From an uncultured delta proteobacterium (GTDB taxonomy: Bacteria > Desulfobacterota > Binatia > UBA9968): a stretch of DNA of 64,000 nucleotides. Position numbers and translations under genes: made by a program. The notes beneath the pieces are model-generated. The model was not told where the DNA came from and did not search any database. It saw only the letters and a list, made by a program, of their open reading frames with translations. The DNA lies in contig CAWFJP010000030.1 of assembly GCA_963816145.1 (NCBI GenBank), forward strand, positions 32,001-96,000, written 5' to 3'. This document shows, piece after piece, positions 40,176 to 49,535 of this stretch; position 1 is the stretch's first letter, and every line of letters begins with the position of its first letter.

Positions 40176-41579
40176 ATGGAGCAAAGCGAACTCTGCTATC
40201 TGACCATCGCCGACGCTGCCGCCGGGCTGCGGCGCAAACAATTTTCCGCCATCGAACTCACCGATGCCTGTCTCGATCGTATCGATGCCTTGGACGGCAA
40301 GTTGCACAGCTTCATCACCCTCACCGGCGACCTCGCCCTCGAACAGGCCAGGCAAGCAGAAAAGGAGCTGCGAGCCGGAACCGACCGCGGGCCGCTGCAC
40401 GGCATTCCCATCGCACTCAAAGATCTCTACGCGACCAAGGGAATTCGTACCACCTGTCATTCGGCGGTATTGGAGAACTGGATTCCCGACCATGATGCCA
40501 CTACCGCGGTGAAGCTTCAGCAAGCCGGCACGGTTTTGCTTGGAAAACTCGGCATGCACGAATTCGCCTTCGGCGGGCCGTCGGTGGATGCTCCCTTCCC
40601 TGCCGTACGGAATCCCTGGAACACGGCACATATTCCCGGCGGTTCGAGCAGCGGTTCGGGCGCAGCCCTCGCTGCTGGCTTTTGCTACGGTGCGCTCGGC
40701 TCCGACACCGGCGGTTCGATCAGAACGCCGTCGTCCCACTGCGGTATCGTCGGCATCAAACCCACCTACGGCCGCTGCAGTCGTTACGGTGTCATCCCGC
40801 TCAGCTGGTCCCTCGATCACACCGGCCCCATGGCGCGCAGCGTCGAAAACTGCGCCATCATGCTGCAAGTCCTGGCCGGCTACGATCCCAAGGATAACGC
40901 TTCCGCGAATGTGCCGGTGCCGAACTTTCAAGCCGGCATGAAGGATGGAATTAAAGGTCTGCGCGTCGGCGTGCCGCGCAAGAATTGGTTCGATGAAAAT
41001 TTAGGCATCGATCCGCAAACCGAGGCGGCCTTTGATCAAGCGCTCAAGGTCCTCGAAAGCCTCGGTGCCACGATTGTCGACATCGACGGCAAACCTTTTT
41101 CTCTGGCGCGCAAAGCCAACCAAACAATTTTGGTCTGTGAAGCCTACGCCTATCACGAAAAGACTTACCAACAGACGCCGCTGAAATTCGGCAGCTCAGT
41201 GCGCAGAAGAATGCTTGAAGGCGCTTTCCTGAGCGCCGCCGATTATCTAACCGCCCAACGCGCCCGCGCCGTGCTCAACGACCAGATCCGCGCCAACTTC
41301 GCCGGCGTCGACGTCTTCGCCGTTCCCGGCGCCGCCCGCCCGCCGGAACCCTTCGCAGGCTTGGATCCCAACGAGCAAAACATGCGGCCGAGCTTCACCA
41401 ATCCATTTAATCTGACAGGGCTGCCGGCGATCTCAGTGCCATGCGGTTTTACCCAAGGGAATCTACCGGCGGGACTGCAAATCGTCGCGCCACCATTTGA
41501 TGAGGCCGCTTGTTTCCGCGTCGCGTATGCTTACGAGCAGGCAACGGAATGGCACAAACATCGACCCGCCGTTTCATAG
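40176..41579 (+). CDS. Amidase-signature enzyme (GatA/AtzE-like)
   Basis: GPLHGIPIALKD, GGSSSGS, GSDTGGSIR, FNLTGLPAISVP. Confidence 0.95.
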   Translation: MEQSELCYLTIADAAAGLRRKQFSAIELTDACLDRIDALDGKLHSFITLTGDLALEQARQAEKELRAGTDRGPLHGIPIALKDLYATKGIRTTCHSAVLENWIPDHDATTAVKLQQAGTVLLGKLGMHEFAFGGPSVDAPFPAVRNPWNTAHIPGGSSSGSGAALAAGFCYGALGSDTGGSIRTPSSHCGIVGIKPTYGRCSRYGVIPLSWSLDHTGPMARSVENCAIMLQVLAGYDPKDNASANVPVPNFQAGMKDGIKGLRVGVPRKNWFDENLGIDPQTEAAFDQALKVLESLGATIVDIDGKPFSLARKANQTILVCEAYAYHEKTYQQTPLKFGSSVRRRMLEGAFLSAADYLTAQRARAVLNDQIRANFAGVDVFAVPGAARPPEPFAGLDPNEQNMRPSFTNPFNLTGLPAISVPCGFTQGNLPAGLQIVAPPFDEAACFRVAYAYEQATEWHKHRPAVS

Positions 41580-41599
41580 GCGGAACCACTCATCGCGCC

Positions 41600-43063
41600 C
41601 TATTTTCCAAACACCCGAAAGTACATCTTCGCCAGAGCCGGCTCCATGCTGCGCGCGGCGGCGAGTTCCCTTTGCATGGATGGCTCAAGACGGCCACGCG
41701 CGTCTTCGGCGCGCTTGAGCACTTCCATCTCGTCGACCTTAGCGAGCCGCCCGCCTTCAACGACGATCTCGCCATTGACCAGCACCGTATCGACGTTGCT
41801 GCCGTTCTCGCAGAATACGATCTGATTGACGGCATCGTTCAGCGGCCGGTACGCCGGCGTGTCGCGGCGCAGGAGAACGATATCGGCGAGTTTTCCCGCC
41901 GCGATCACGCCGGCGTCCAGGCCAAATGCGCGGGCGCCGTTGCGCGTCGCCATGGCCAGCGCTTGCGCGGGATTGACCCACTGATTGAAGTCGCTGCCCG
42001 CCTGATTGTGAATCAGCGAAACCAGACGCGCGGCATCGAACATGTTCTGGTTGTCGTTGGACGCCGCGCCGTCGGTGCCTAATCCGACATTCACACCTGC
42101 GGCGACAAATTCCTTTACCTTGGCGAGACCGCTGCCGATGCGCAGGTTACTCGCCGGATTGTGTACTGGCGTGGCACCGCGTCGGGCAAACAGCTCGACA
42201 TCCGTATCCTCTATCCAGATCGAGTGAGCGCAGGAAAGATTGGCGCCGACGATACCAAGCGAATCGAGGTGCTGCAAAAGCGAATGGCCATAAATCGCAT
42301 TTCCCTGCGCCTGCTGCGCCTTGGTTTCGGCAAGATGAATATGCAGCGGCAAATTTGCCTTGCGCGCAAGCTCGGCGCAGCCCGTCAGCAGCGCATCGGT
42401 GCAGCGCTGCACCGCGGACGGACCAGGGCACGCGGTCGTGAGTTTTTCCGGCGCGTGAAACGTCGCAACAAACTCCCCGCACTCGTCGAGCCAAGCTTGG
42501 GTCGTCTTGGCTTCGCTGGCGCTCATGCGCTTGATTTCGTCGTTCAAGCTCGCGTCGGTTTGGCCGAGCGGAATGGTGTCTTCGTAGTTTTTGTCGGTCA
42601 CCGTCAGCGCCGCAACATGGCGCAGGCCGAGATCGCGCATCGCCTGGATCGCCGCCCCCGCCCCCATGAAGCGGCATGCCGCGCTGCCGGCAAAATGATC
42701 GAGCACCGTGGTCGCGCCGTTCTTGAGCATCTCCATACCGCCCAGAAGCGCGCTGGCGTAGAAGTCGTCCTCGCGCATGTCGCGCAGCGATGCCCGGTAG
42801 TAAGCGCGCCAGATTTCCAACGGTTTGCTCGGCATCATGCCGCGCACCAGGTTCGCCGCCGAGTGGCAGTGAGCGTTCACCATGCCCGGCATGGCGATCA
42901 TCCGATCGGCGTCGATGACTCTGTCGAACGAACCCTCCGGCGTCCACTCCGCCGGTCCGCAATAACCAATCCTATTGCCGTCGATGACGATGCTGGCCTG
43001 GTCAACGATATCGTTGTGCTCGTTCATGGTCACGAGCAGCGGATTACGAATTAGAATTTTCAT
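41600..43063 (-). CDS. Amidohydrolase, cytosine/MTA-SAH deaminase/AtzA-like
   Basis: PGMVNAHCH, LHIHLAE, AHSIW, HNPASN, GLGTDG. Confidence 0.92.
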   Translation of the reverse strand: MKILIRNPLLVTMNEHNDIVDQASIVIDGNRIGYCGPAEWTPEGSFDRVIDADRMIAMPGMVNAHCHSAANLVRGMMPSKPLEIWRAYYRASLRDMREDDFYASALLGGMEMLKNGATTVLDHFAGSAACRFMGAGAAIQAMRDLGLRHVAALTVTDKNYEDTIPLGQTDASLNDEIKRMSASEAKTTQAWLDECGEFVATFHAPEKLTTACPGPSAVQRCTDALLTGCAELARKANLPLHIHLAETKAQQAQGNAIYGHSLLQHLDSLGIVGANLSCAHSIWIEDTDVELFARRGATPVHNPASNLRIGSGLAKVKEFVAAGVNVGLGTDGAASNDNQNMFDAARLVSLIHNQAGSDFNQWVNPAQALAMATRNGARAFGLDAGVIAAGKLADIVLLRRDTPAYRPLNDAVNQIVFCENGSNVDTVLVNGEIVVEGGRLAKVDEMEVLKRAEDARGRLEPSMQRELAAARSMEPALAKMYFRVFGK

Positions 43064-43080
43064 TACGCGAGCGACCCAAC

Positions 43081-43127
43081 GATTGGAACCGCTGGAACCA
43101 TTGGAACGACTGGAACGTGTTCCAACT
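43081..43127. repeat. Nonamer TGGAAC tandem repeat
   Basis: ttggaaccg ctggaacca ttggaacga ctggaacgt gttccaa; same family as 32476-32557. Confidence 0.75.
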
Positions 43128-43128
43128 T

Positions 43129-43797
43129 TTAGACAAACCCCATCTTGCGGCCCCAGTTATCAGGATCCTTCAAGAAATCGACGATCTGGTTCTTTTGCTC
43201 CTCAGTGAAGTACTTTTTGCTCGTGCCGGTGTCCAGGACATCGTCCCAGTTGGCCAGCACATGGAGCGCGATATCGTTCTTCGCCAAGGCTTCCTTGCCT
43301 TCATGCTGATTGAGCCGGTCGGAAGCGTAATCGAAAACGCACAGGCAATGGGTCGTCTTGGCGCCCGCCCCGCGCACGCCGATGTTGAAGCGCAGCTTGC
43401 TCAAACCATCGGTAATCAAGTCCTCGACCATGAGCACGCGCTTGCCGGGTTCGAGAATCCCCTCGATTTGCTTGGTGCCGCCGTAGCCTTTGGGCTGCTT
43501 ACGGATATAAATCATCGGCTTTTTGACGATATGGGCGACAAACGCCGCGTAGGGTATCCCCGCGGTCTCGCCGCCGGCGACGACATCGAAGTTGTCGAGA
43601 CCGATATCGGTTTCCGCCATCGTCGCCAGCGCCGTGACGATGTATTCGCGCTCCGCAGCAAAGGACAGCAGCTTACGGCAATCGATGTAAACCGGCGAAA
43701 TTCGCCCGGAGACGAACACGAATGGCTTGTCTTTGTAGACCGCGATCGACTCCGTCGACAACAGCATCTCGGCAACTTTCTTGGACACTTCGCTCAT
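43129..43797 (-). CDS. pyrE: Orotate phosphoribosyltransferase
   Basis: SGRISPVYIDCR, AGGETAGIP, YIRKQPKGYG, VEDLITDGLS. Confidence 0.93.
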   Translation of the reverse strand: MSEVSKKVAEMLLSTESIAVYKDKPFVFVSGRISPVYIDCRKLLSFAAEREYIVTALATMAETDIGLDNFDVVAGGETAGIPYAAFVAHIVKKPMIYIRKQPKGYGGTKQIEGILEPGKRVLMVEDLITDGLSKLRFNIGVRGAGAKTTHCLCVFDYASDRLNQHEGKEALAKNDIALHVLANWDDVLDTGTSKKYFTEEQKNQIVDFLKDPDNWGRKMGFV

Positions 43798-43799
43798 GG

Positions 43800-43827
43800 A
43801 AAAACCTCTCAGGTTTTTGGATTAAGG
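43800..43827 (-). promoter_or_regulatory. PyrR-binding RNA motif overlapping the pyrE RBS
   Basis: mRNA CCUUAAUCCAAAAACCUGAGAGGUUUUU matches ARUCCNGNGAGGYU at 13/14 with an upstream UUAA; its GAGG is the Shine-Dalgarno. Confidence 0.65.
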
Positions 43828-43903
43828 CAAGGTCATAACATAGCAATGTTGCATTGCCAACGCTCGTGGGCGCACAGCTAGCAAATGGCATGAGAGGCAG
43901 TTT

Positions 43904-43986
43904 TCACCACGAAAGAGACACGAAGGGCACGAAGGTTCCGGAGAACAAATATTCCGAACTTCGTGTGCTTCGTGCCTTCGTGGTGA
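43904..43986. repeat. CACGAAG 9-mer inverted-repeat element, copy 2
   Basis: tcaccacgaaagagacacgaagggcacgaag...ttccgaacttcgtgtgcttcgtgccttcgtggtga. Confidence 0.85.
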
Positions 43987-44094
43987 GATAGAATTTTTGT
44001 CGATAACGGCAAGGACGAAAATCGTAGGAATCGAGATGATCCCATCGCTGCAAAGATAGCCGACGCTATCCTGCAGCTCGGGTGTGTGAGTGGA

Positions 44095-44217
44095 TCATTT
44101 GACCTTCAGTGAAAAGCCTTTGGTCTCTTTCTTGGCCCGTTTATCCGCCCGCTTTTCCATCAAAGTTTTGAGCGGCTTCTTCTTGCTTTGCTTCTTCGAG
44201 TCCATCCCTTTACTCAT
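44095..44217 (-). CDS. Small (40 aa) lysine-rich protein
   Basis: Hand translation MSKGMDSKKQSKKKPLKTLMEKRADKRAKKETKGFSLKVK with AAGGAG RBS; below the ORF-track cutoff. Confidence 0.7.
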   Translation of the reverse strand: MSKGMDSKKQSKKKPLKTLMEKRADKRAKKETKGFSLKVK

Positions 44218-44310
44218 ATGCGTCGCTCCTTCTGGCTGGGTTTGACGGGCGCGGCATATAGCCGCGCGCGTACGTCGATAACATTCACCGCATCATCCAC
44301 GCCACAACAA

Positions 44311-44655
44311 CTATTTTCCACAGCAGTTTTTGAATTTCTTGCCGCTGCCACAGGAGCAAGGTTCATTACGCCCGACTTTCTTTTCCACGACCGTCGGTTT
44401 CTGCGGATGGAGCAACCGCTCCAGATCGCCAACATCCTCAGCCTTGTCTGGCTCGACGCTGATGCGACATTTCCAACCATGCTGTTCGAAGGTCGCACTC
44501 ACTTCCTTGAAGCGCTCCTCCGACTGAACCCGGACAACCGCCGGATTCTTTTCACTGCCCAATTTGGCGGCTTTCTTCACGCCAAAGGAGTTTATCCGAC
44601 TGTCCGCGTCGACACTGCTGCGCATCGTTCCGATATCAGTAATTCGATTACTCAT
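44311..44655 (-). CDS. SEC-C motif protein (PBPRA1643-like); start uncertain
   Basis: KLGSEKNP...VQSEER... and C-terminal [21 protein letters not shown]. Confidence 0.85.
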   Translation of the reverse strand: MSNRITDIGTMRSSVDADSRINSFGVKKAAKLGSEKNPAVVRVQSEERFKEVSATFEQHGWKCRISVEPDKAEDVGDLERLLHPQKPTVVEKKVGRNEPCSCGSGKKFKNCCGK

Positions 44656-44810
44656 AGCGTCATTATTTCAGTTATTGGCCCACTTAGCTATATCAGGCGC
44701 GCCCTCGCTGCTCGCTCGGGGGAACTCGTTTTAAGCACGAATAACAGGAAGCCGACATAAAAAAGTTGCGGCGTGCGTGCGCTTCGTTGGATTCGTGGTC
44801 AATTTTTTAC

Positions 44811-45800
44811 CTACGGCCGCAGCTTATACTTCCGCTCGATATCCTCGACATACCCGCTCTTCACCACCTTGGTCAGTATGCGCTGATCGAGCAGCTCCTC
44901 GACGTTGAATTTGACAATCTTCGGATCGCGCATGGCGATGATGTCCTGGGCGGTTTTCAGGCCCTTTGGGGTGACATACGTGTAGGAGGTGAGGTCGTCG
45001 AGCAGAAATTTGTAACCCAGCTCGGCGAGCTGGCGGTCGACCTTGATATATTTTTGCAGCAGCATGACACCGCGCTCTTTATTCGCTCGCATGAACGCGC
45101 TGGCTTCAATCATGGCTTTGATGTAGTTCTCGATGGTCTGCGGATGTTTTTGCACGAAGGCTTCGGCGCACATGAACGGACTGGAGGGTAGAGCGATCTT
45201 GCTCAAATCAAACAACGGTTTCACACCGAGAGTCTGCAGCCGCGCAGATTGCAATTTATCCAATGCCGCGCCGTCGATAATGCCGTTCGCCAAAGATTGC
45301 GCTATCACCGTGCTGTCGCCGATCGCTTGGATGCTGATGTTGTCCCTTTGCGGGTCGAGGCCCATCTCGCGCAGCGACAGCATGGTGAGGCTCCAGAGCA
45401 GACCGCTGAAGTCCTGCACGCCGATCTTCTTACCGCGCAAGTCGCCGGGCTTGCTAATCGACGGCGCGACCAGGAAATCGTAGGACGCCCGCTCGGCAAA
45501 CAGCGACATGATGATTTTGAGCTTGGCCCCTTGGGCGGCGGCAGAAAGCATGCTCGAAGCGCTGCCCCGAACGAACTGGACTTCGTTGGAAACCAGTGCC
45601 GAGACTTGGATCGGCGCGCTGCGCACCGCGACCAGGTCCGCTTCCAAACCGTGCCTGGCGAAAATGCCTTCCTCCTTGGCGAGCCAGACCGGCGTCCCGG
45701 AGGCGGATACACCGGAATAAGCGATACGAATCGGCTCGGCGCGCGCCGGAGCAGCCGACAGCATCAGAAAAGCGATCAGCAAGAGTTTTGTAGTGACCAT
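44811..45800 (-). CDS. NMT1/SsuA-type ABC substrate-binding protein (orphan)
   Basis: Signal peptide ARA, IRIAYSG, DLRGKKIGV; GGGAGG RBS. Confidence 0.88.
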   Translation of the reverse strand: MVTTKLLLIAFLMLSAAPARAEPIRIAYSGVSASGTPVWLAKEEGIFARHGLEADLVAVRSAPIQVSALVSNEVQFVRGSASSMLSAAAQGAKLKIIMSLFAERASYDFLVAPSISKPGDLRGKKIGVQDFSGLLWSLTMLSLREMGLDPQRDNISIQAIGDSTVIAQSLANGIIDGAALDKLQSARLQTLGVKPLFDLSKIALPSSPFMCAEAFVQKHPQTIENYIKAMIEASAFMRANKERGVMLLQKYIKVDRQLAELGYKFLLDDLTSYTYVTPKGLKTAQDIIAMRDPKIVKFNVEELLDQRILTKVVKSGYVEDIERKYKLRP

Positions 45801-45973
45801 GGCGACTATCCTCCCTGCATAAGTTAAGACAGTGGATATCACGAACCATTTGCTGCTATTGGGCCGCTTCTAACACGGCGCCGCTCCGGCTGACAACGAC
45901 AATCGCCCCGCCGGGTTATCGGGAGGGAAAAATGAATTCTCAGCAAAGCCGGAAACTGCTACACTGGTTGTGA

Positions 45974-47266
45974 ATGAAGCGCCTGCCCACGGCCAACGGT
46001 CCGTCCACCCTGCCCGCCATCAACCAGCGTCGTCTCATGCGCGACCTCAACGCCATCGGCCGCATCGGCATCGGCAATCGCGGCGGTGTGACACGCTTGG
46101 TGTTTTCCATTAAAGAGCTGCGCAGCCGACAGGTGCTGATTCATCTCATGCGCCAGGCCGGATTGAAGGTTCATATCGACGGCATCGGCAATATCTTCGG
46201 CCGGTTCGAAGGCCGCGATGCCAAAGGGCCGGCGGTGCTGTCTGGATCACATCTGGACACGGTGATTCATGGCGGCAAATACGACGGCCCGGTGGGCGTC
46301 ATCGGCGCCCTGGAGGCGGTACGCACGATTTGCGAGAACAGAATTCCGATCCACTCGCCGCTCGAAGTAGTCTGCTTCGTCGGCGAGGAGTCGAGCCGCT
46401 TCGGCTTTTCGACCCTGGGCAGTAGCTTGGCTGCCGGCGAAGTCCATCCGAAAGACCTGACCAACGCCGTTGACAGCCAGGGAACAAAGCTCGCCGATGT
46501 GCTTGCAAGTCTTGGCATCTCGCAGAAAAATCTCCGCGGCCTCGCCCGCGACCCGAAGAGTGTCAAGGCCTATCTCGAACTCCACATCGAACAAGGGCCG
46601 ATCCTCGAAGCCATCGGCAAAAGAATCGGTCTGGTCACATCTATCGCCGCGCCGAGCCGGTTCAAAGTGATTTTCACCGGCCAGGCCGACCACTCTGGCA
46701 CCACGCCCATGGAAATGCGCAAAGACGCCCTGGTCGCCGCGGCATTGCTGATCGAATTCATCGAAAATACTTGCCGCAAGTTTTCCGCCATGGCCAAAGG
46801 CCGCGTGGTCGGCACCGTCGGCGCCATGAAGATCGAGCCCGGCGTTATCAACGCCGTGCCGGGCAAAACCGAACTGCTGGTCGATATTCGCGCCATCACG
46901 GCGCAAGCGAAAGACCGCGTCGCGCGCTTGGTCAAAGCGCAAGCGCAAAACATCGCGCGCAAGCGCGGTATCGGTGTGGAGGCTCTGACCATACGCGAAG
47001 AAGACCCCGTGCCGCTGGATACTCGGCTCCTGCGATTGACCAAGCAAATCTGCCAGGAGAAAAACATCGTGTATGAAATCATGCCATCGGGCGCCGGTCA
47101 CGACGCCATGCAGATGGCCAAGATCACGCCGGCGGGGATGATTTTCATTCCCAGCCAGCGCGGCATTAGCCACAACCCGTTGGAATGGACCGATCCCGAT
47201 GACATCGGATTGGGCACACAAATATTGATGGAGACCATGGTCAGAGTCGCCAATGAAAAATACTAA
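45974..47266 (+). CDS. M20 Zn hydrolase, allantoate amidohydrolase / N-carbamoyl-amino acid / beta-ureidopropionase family
   Basis: SGSHLDTV, GGKYDG, EESSRF, ELHIEQG, HSGTTPM, SGAGHDA, SHNP. Confidence 0.95.
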   Translation: MKRLPTANGPSTLPAINQRRLMRDLNAIGRIGIGNRGGVTRLVFSIKELRSRQVLIHLMRQAGLKVHIDGIGNIFGRFEGRDAKGPAVLSGSHLDTVIHGGKYDGPVGVIGALEAVRTICENRIPIHSPLEVVCFVGEESSRFGFSTLGSSLAAGEVHPKDLTNAVDSQGTKLADVLASLGISQKNLRGLARDPKSVKAYLELHIEQGPILEAIGKRIGLVTSIAAPSRFKVIFTGQADHSGTTPMEMRKDALVAAALLIEFIENTCRKFSAMAKGRVVGTVGAMKIEPGVINAVPGKTELLVDIRAITAQAKDRVARLVKAQAQNIARKRGIGVEALTIREEDPVPLDTRLLRLTKQICQEKNIVYEIMPSGAGHDAMQMAKITPAGMIFIPSQRGISHNPLEWTDPDDIGLGTQILMETMVRVANEKY

Positions 47267-47795
47267 AGCCAAGAAAAAGCGAATTCTCACCCCGGTCCAA
47301 ATCGCGGCGATCTTTGAGCGCTTCGCGCGCGAGATGGCCAACGCCTATGGCGGCCTGGATCAAGTCGTCTTTATAGGTGTCCGAACCCGCGGTCCCTATG
47401 TCGCCAAGCGCCTCGCCGCGATCATCAAGAAGCGGCACAGTAAAGAGATCCCCATCGGCGAGATGGACATCACGCTCTACCGCGACGACTTGAACGCGCT
47501 CTTGCCCGGCGGCACCATCGACCACACGCGCATCCCGTTCGACATCGCCAACAAGATCGTCGTGCTGTTTGACGATGTATTGAACACCGGCCGCACCGTG
47601 CGCGCCGCCGTCGATCACCTAATCGACCTCGGCCGGCCGCGCATGATCCATCTCGCCGTAATGATCGACCGCGGCGGCCGCGAACTGCCGATCGCTGCCA
47701 ACTACATCGGCAAAAAGATCAATTTGAAAAGCGGCGGCAACGTCGAAGTCAGGCTCAAGGAAGTCGACAGGACCGATGAAGTATTGGTGCGATAA
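47253..47795 (+). CDS. pyrR: Bifunctional pyrimidine regulator / uracil phosphoribosyltransferase
   Basis: GVRTRG, DITLYRDD, LFDDVLNTGRTVRAA, DRGGRELPI; overlaps the hydrolase stop. Confidence 0.93.
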   Translation: MKNTKAKKKRILTPVQIAAIFERFAREMANAYGGLDQVVFIGVRTRGPYVAKRLAAIIKKRHSKEIPIGEMDITLYRDDLNALLPGGTIDHTRIPFDIANKIVVLFDDVLNTGRTVRAAVDHLIDLGRPRMIHLAVMIDRGGRELPIAANYIGKKINLKSGGNVEVRLKEVDRTDEVLVR

Positions 47796-47808
47796 CCATT
47801 TCCATGAT

Positions 47809-47879
47809 TCACCACGAAGACACGAAGAGCACGAAGTTCGGAATTTGATTAATCCGGAACCTTCGTGCCGTTGTGTTGA
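47809..47879. repeat. CACGAAG 9-mer inverted-repeat element, copy 3
   Basis: tcaccacgaagacacgaagagcacgaagttcggaa...tccggaaccttcgtg. Confidence 0.8.
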
Positions 47880-48158
47880 GTAACCTTCCCGAATATTGCT
47901 TATTTTTTGCTATCACCACCCCGCTGGCAGTGCGGATCGGCCAAACCACCGCTAAGCTGCAAGTCGAATTCGAAAAGCGTAACGGTCGTTGAGACCGACC
48001 AAGGCGGCCTGGGCGCGCACCGCAAGAATGCTGATGAGCAACCACGTTTACCGGCAGAGAGCGGATCTGTTGACCCCATTGTAATAAATAGACTTGACAC
48101 AATTCGGCCTGCGTGGTGATTTACTGCCACGAGGGATTTTTCACCGTAGGAGGTTAAC

Positions 48159-49481
48159 ATGCAGCGGACATTGATCAACTTGCTGACGGGGTTCCTGTGT
48201 TTTGTCTTTAACATCAATATTGCCGCGGCCAGAGATGTCGTCATCGTGACCTCATTCCCGAAAGAGCTTTTTGAGACCTACAAAAAGACTTTCGAAGCGA
48301 AACATCCCGGCACCACGGTGGTCATCAATAGCAAGCAAACCAACGCCGGTGTCACCTACCTGCGCGAGACCAAGGCGAAACCCGAAGCGGACATTTTTTG
48401 GGTCAGTGCCCCGGATGCGTTTCAGACCCTCGACAGCGATGGGCTCCTCGAAAAGTACGCGCCGCCGAAGGAAATCATGGCCAAGATACCGGCCAAGATC
48501 GGCAACTTTCCGATCCACGATCTCGACGGCAAATACTTCGGCTTTGCTATCAGCGGTTACGGCTTGATGTGGAACAAGAATTACATGAAAGCGCACAAAC
48601 TGCCGCCGCCCAAAGAGTGGACCGATCTGACCCAGTCGCGCTACTACAATCATCTCATCATCAGCGCGCCGTCGCGCAGCGGCACCACCCATCTGACGAT
48701 CGAGACCATCCTGCAAGCCTATGGCTGGGACAAAGGCTGGGCGCTGTTGCTCAACGCCGGCGGCAACATGGGCAGCATCACCGAACGCAGCTTCGGCGTC
48801 CCCGAAGCGGTCATCAGCGGCCAATACGGCGTCGGCGTGGTCATCGACTTCTTCGGTCTGTCGGCCATCGCCAGCGGCCAGCCGGTGGAGTTTGCCTATC
48901 CGTCGTTGACTTCGGTAGTACCGGCTAGCGTTGGCATTATCAAAGGCGGCCCCAACCCGCAGGAAGCGCGCGCCTTCGTCAACTACCTTCTGAGTGAAGC
49001 GGGACAGACCGTCCTGTTCGCCCCCGAGATTGCCCGCCTGCCGGTGATCCCGGAACTCTACGCCAAAGCGCCCAAGGACTATCCCAACCCATTCAAGAAA
49101 AAATTGGGCGGCGTGGAATTCAACGACGAGTTGTCGTCGAGCCGGCGCGACGTGGTCAACTCCCTGTACGATCACATCATCACCTTCCGCCACAAAGAAC
49201 TGCGCGAAGCCTGGAAGAGCATTTACACCGCCGAAGAAGTGCTGGCGAAAAGTAAATCGACCAACGTGCCCCAGGGCAAAGCCTTGATCGCCGACGCGCG
49301 TAGACTGGCGAGCCAAATGCCGATCAACGACAAACGCGCCGTCGACAAGGAAGTCACCGGCGCCTTCAAGTCCAAATCCGGGCTCAAATCGCAACTCGAA
49401 ACCGAGTGGGAAAATGCCGCGCGCGGCAACTACACCAAAGCCAAAGAGCTGTCGGAAAAAGCCGCGGCATTGGCGAAATAG
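48159..49481 (+). CDS. ABC substrate-binding protein, AfuA/PgtC-like
   Basis: VVIVTSFP, DIFWVSAPDAF, SGYGLMWN, PSRSGTTH, RSFGV, VIDFF. Confidence 0.85.
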   Translation: MQRTLINLLTGFLCFVFNINIAAARDVVIVTSFPKELFETYKKTFEAKHPGTTVVINSKQTNAGVTYLRETKAKPEADIFWVSAPDAFQTLDSDGLLEKYAPPKEIMAKIPAKIGNFPIHDLDGKYFGFAISGYGLMWNKNYMKAHKLPPPKEWTDLTQSRYYNHLIISAPSRSGTTHLTIETILQAYGWDKGWALLLNAGGNMGSITERSFGVPEAVISGQYGVGVVIDFFGLSAIASGQPVEFAYPSLTSVVPASVGIIKGGPNPQEARAFVNYLLSEAGQTVLFAPEIARLPVIPELYAKAPKDYPNPFKKKLGGVEFNDELSSSRRDVVNSLYDHIITFRHKELREAWKSIYTAEEVLAKSKSTNVPQGKALIADARRLASQMPINDKRAVDKEVTGAFKSKSGLKSQLETEWENAARGNYTKAKELSEKAAALAK

Positions 49482-49535
49482 ATTCACGGGAAGAGCACGA
49501 GACGGATGCACGGCAACGAAACGGGTAAGCTTCAT

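Noticed and set aside
40176-41579. gatCA of the tRNA amidotransferase
   Set aside because: No gatB follows, and the sequence has MHEFAFGG rather than the GatA-type MDEFAMGS.
43081-43127. Short periodic repeats as a possible CRISPR array
   Set aside because: Units are 6-9 bp with no unique spacers, and no cas genes are present.
43801-43815. Glycine riboswitch fragment (ACCTCTCAGG on the plus strand)
   Set aside because: The rest of the aptamer is absent and no plus-strand gene follows; the minus-strand PyrR reading fits better.
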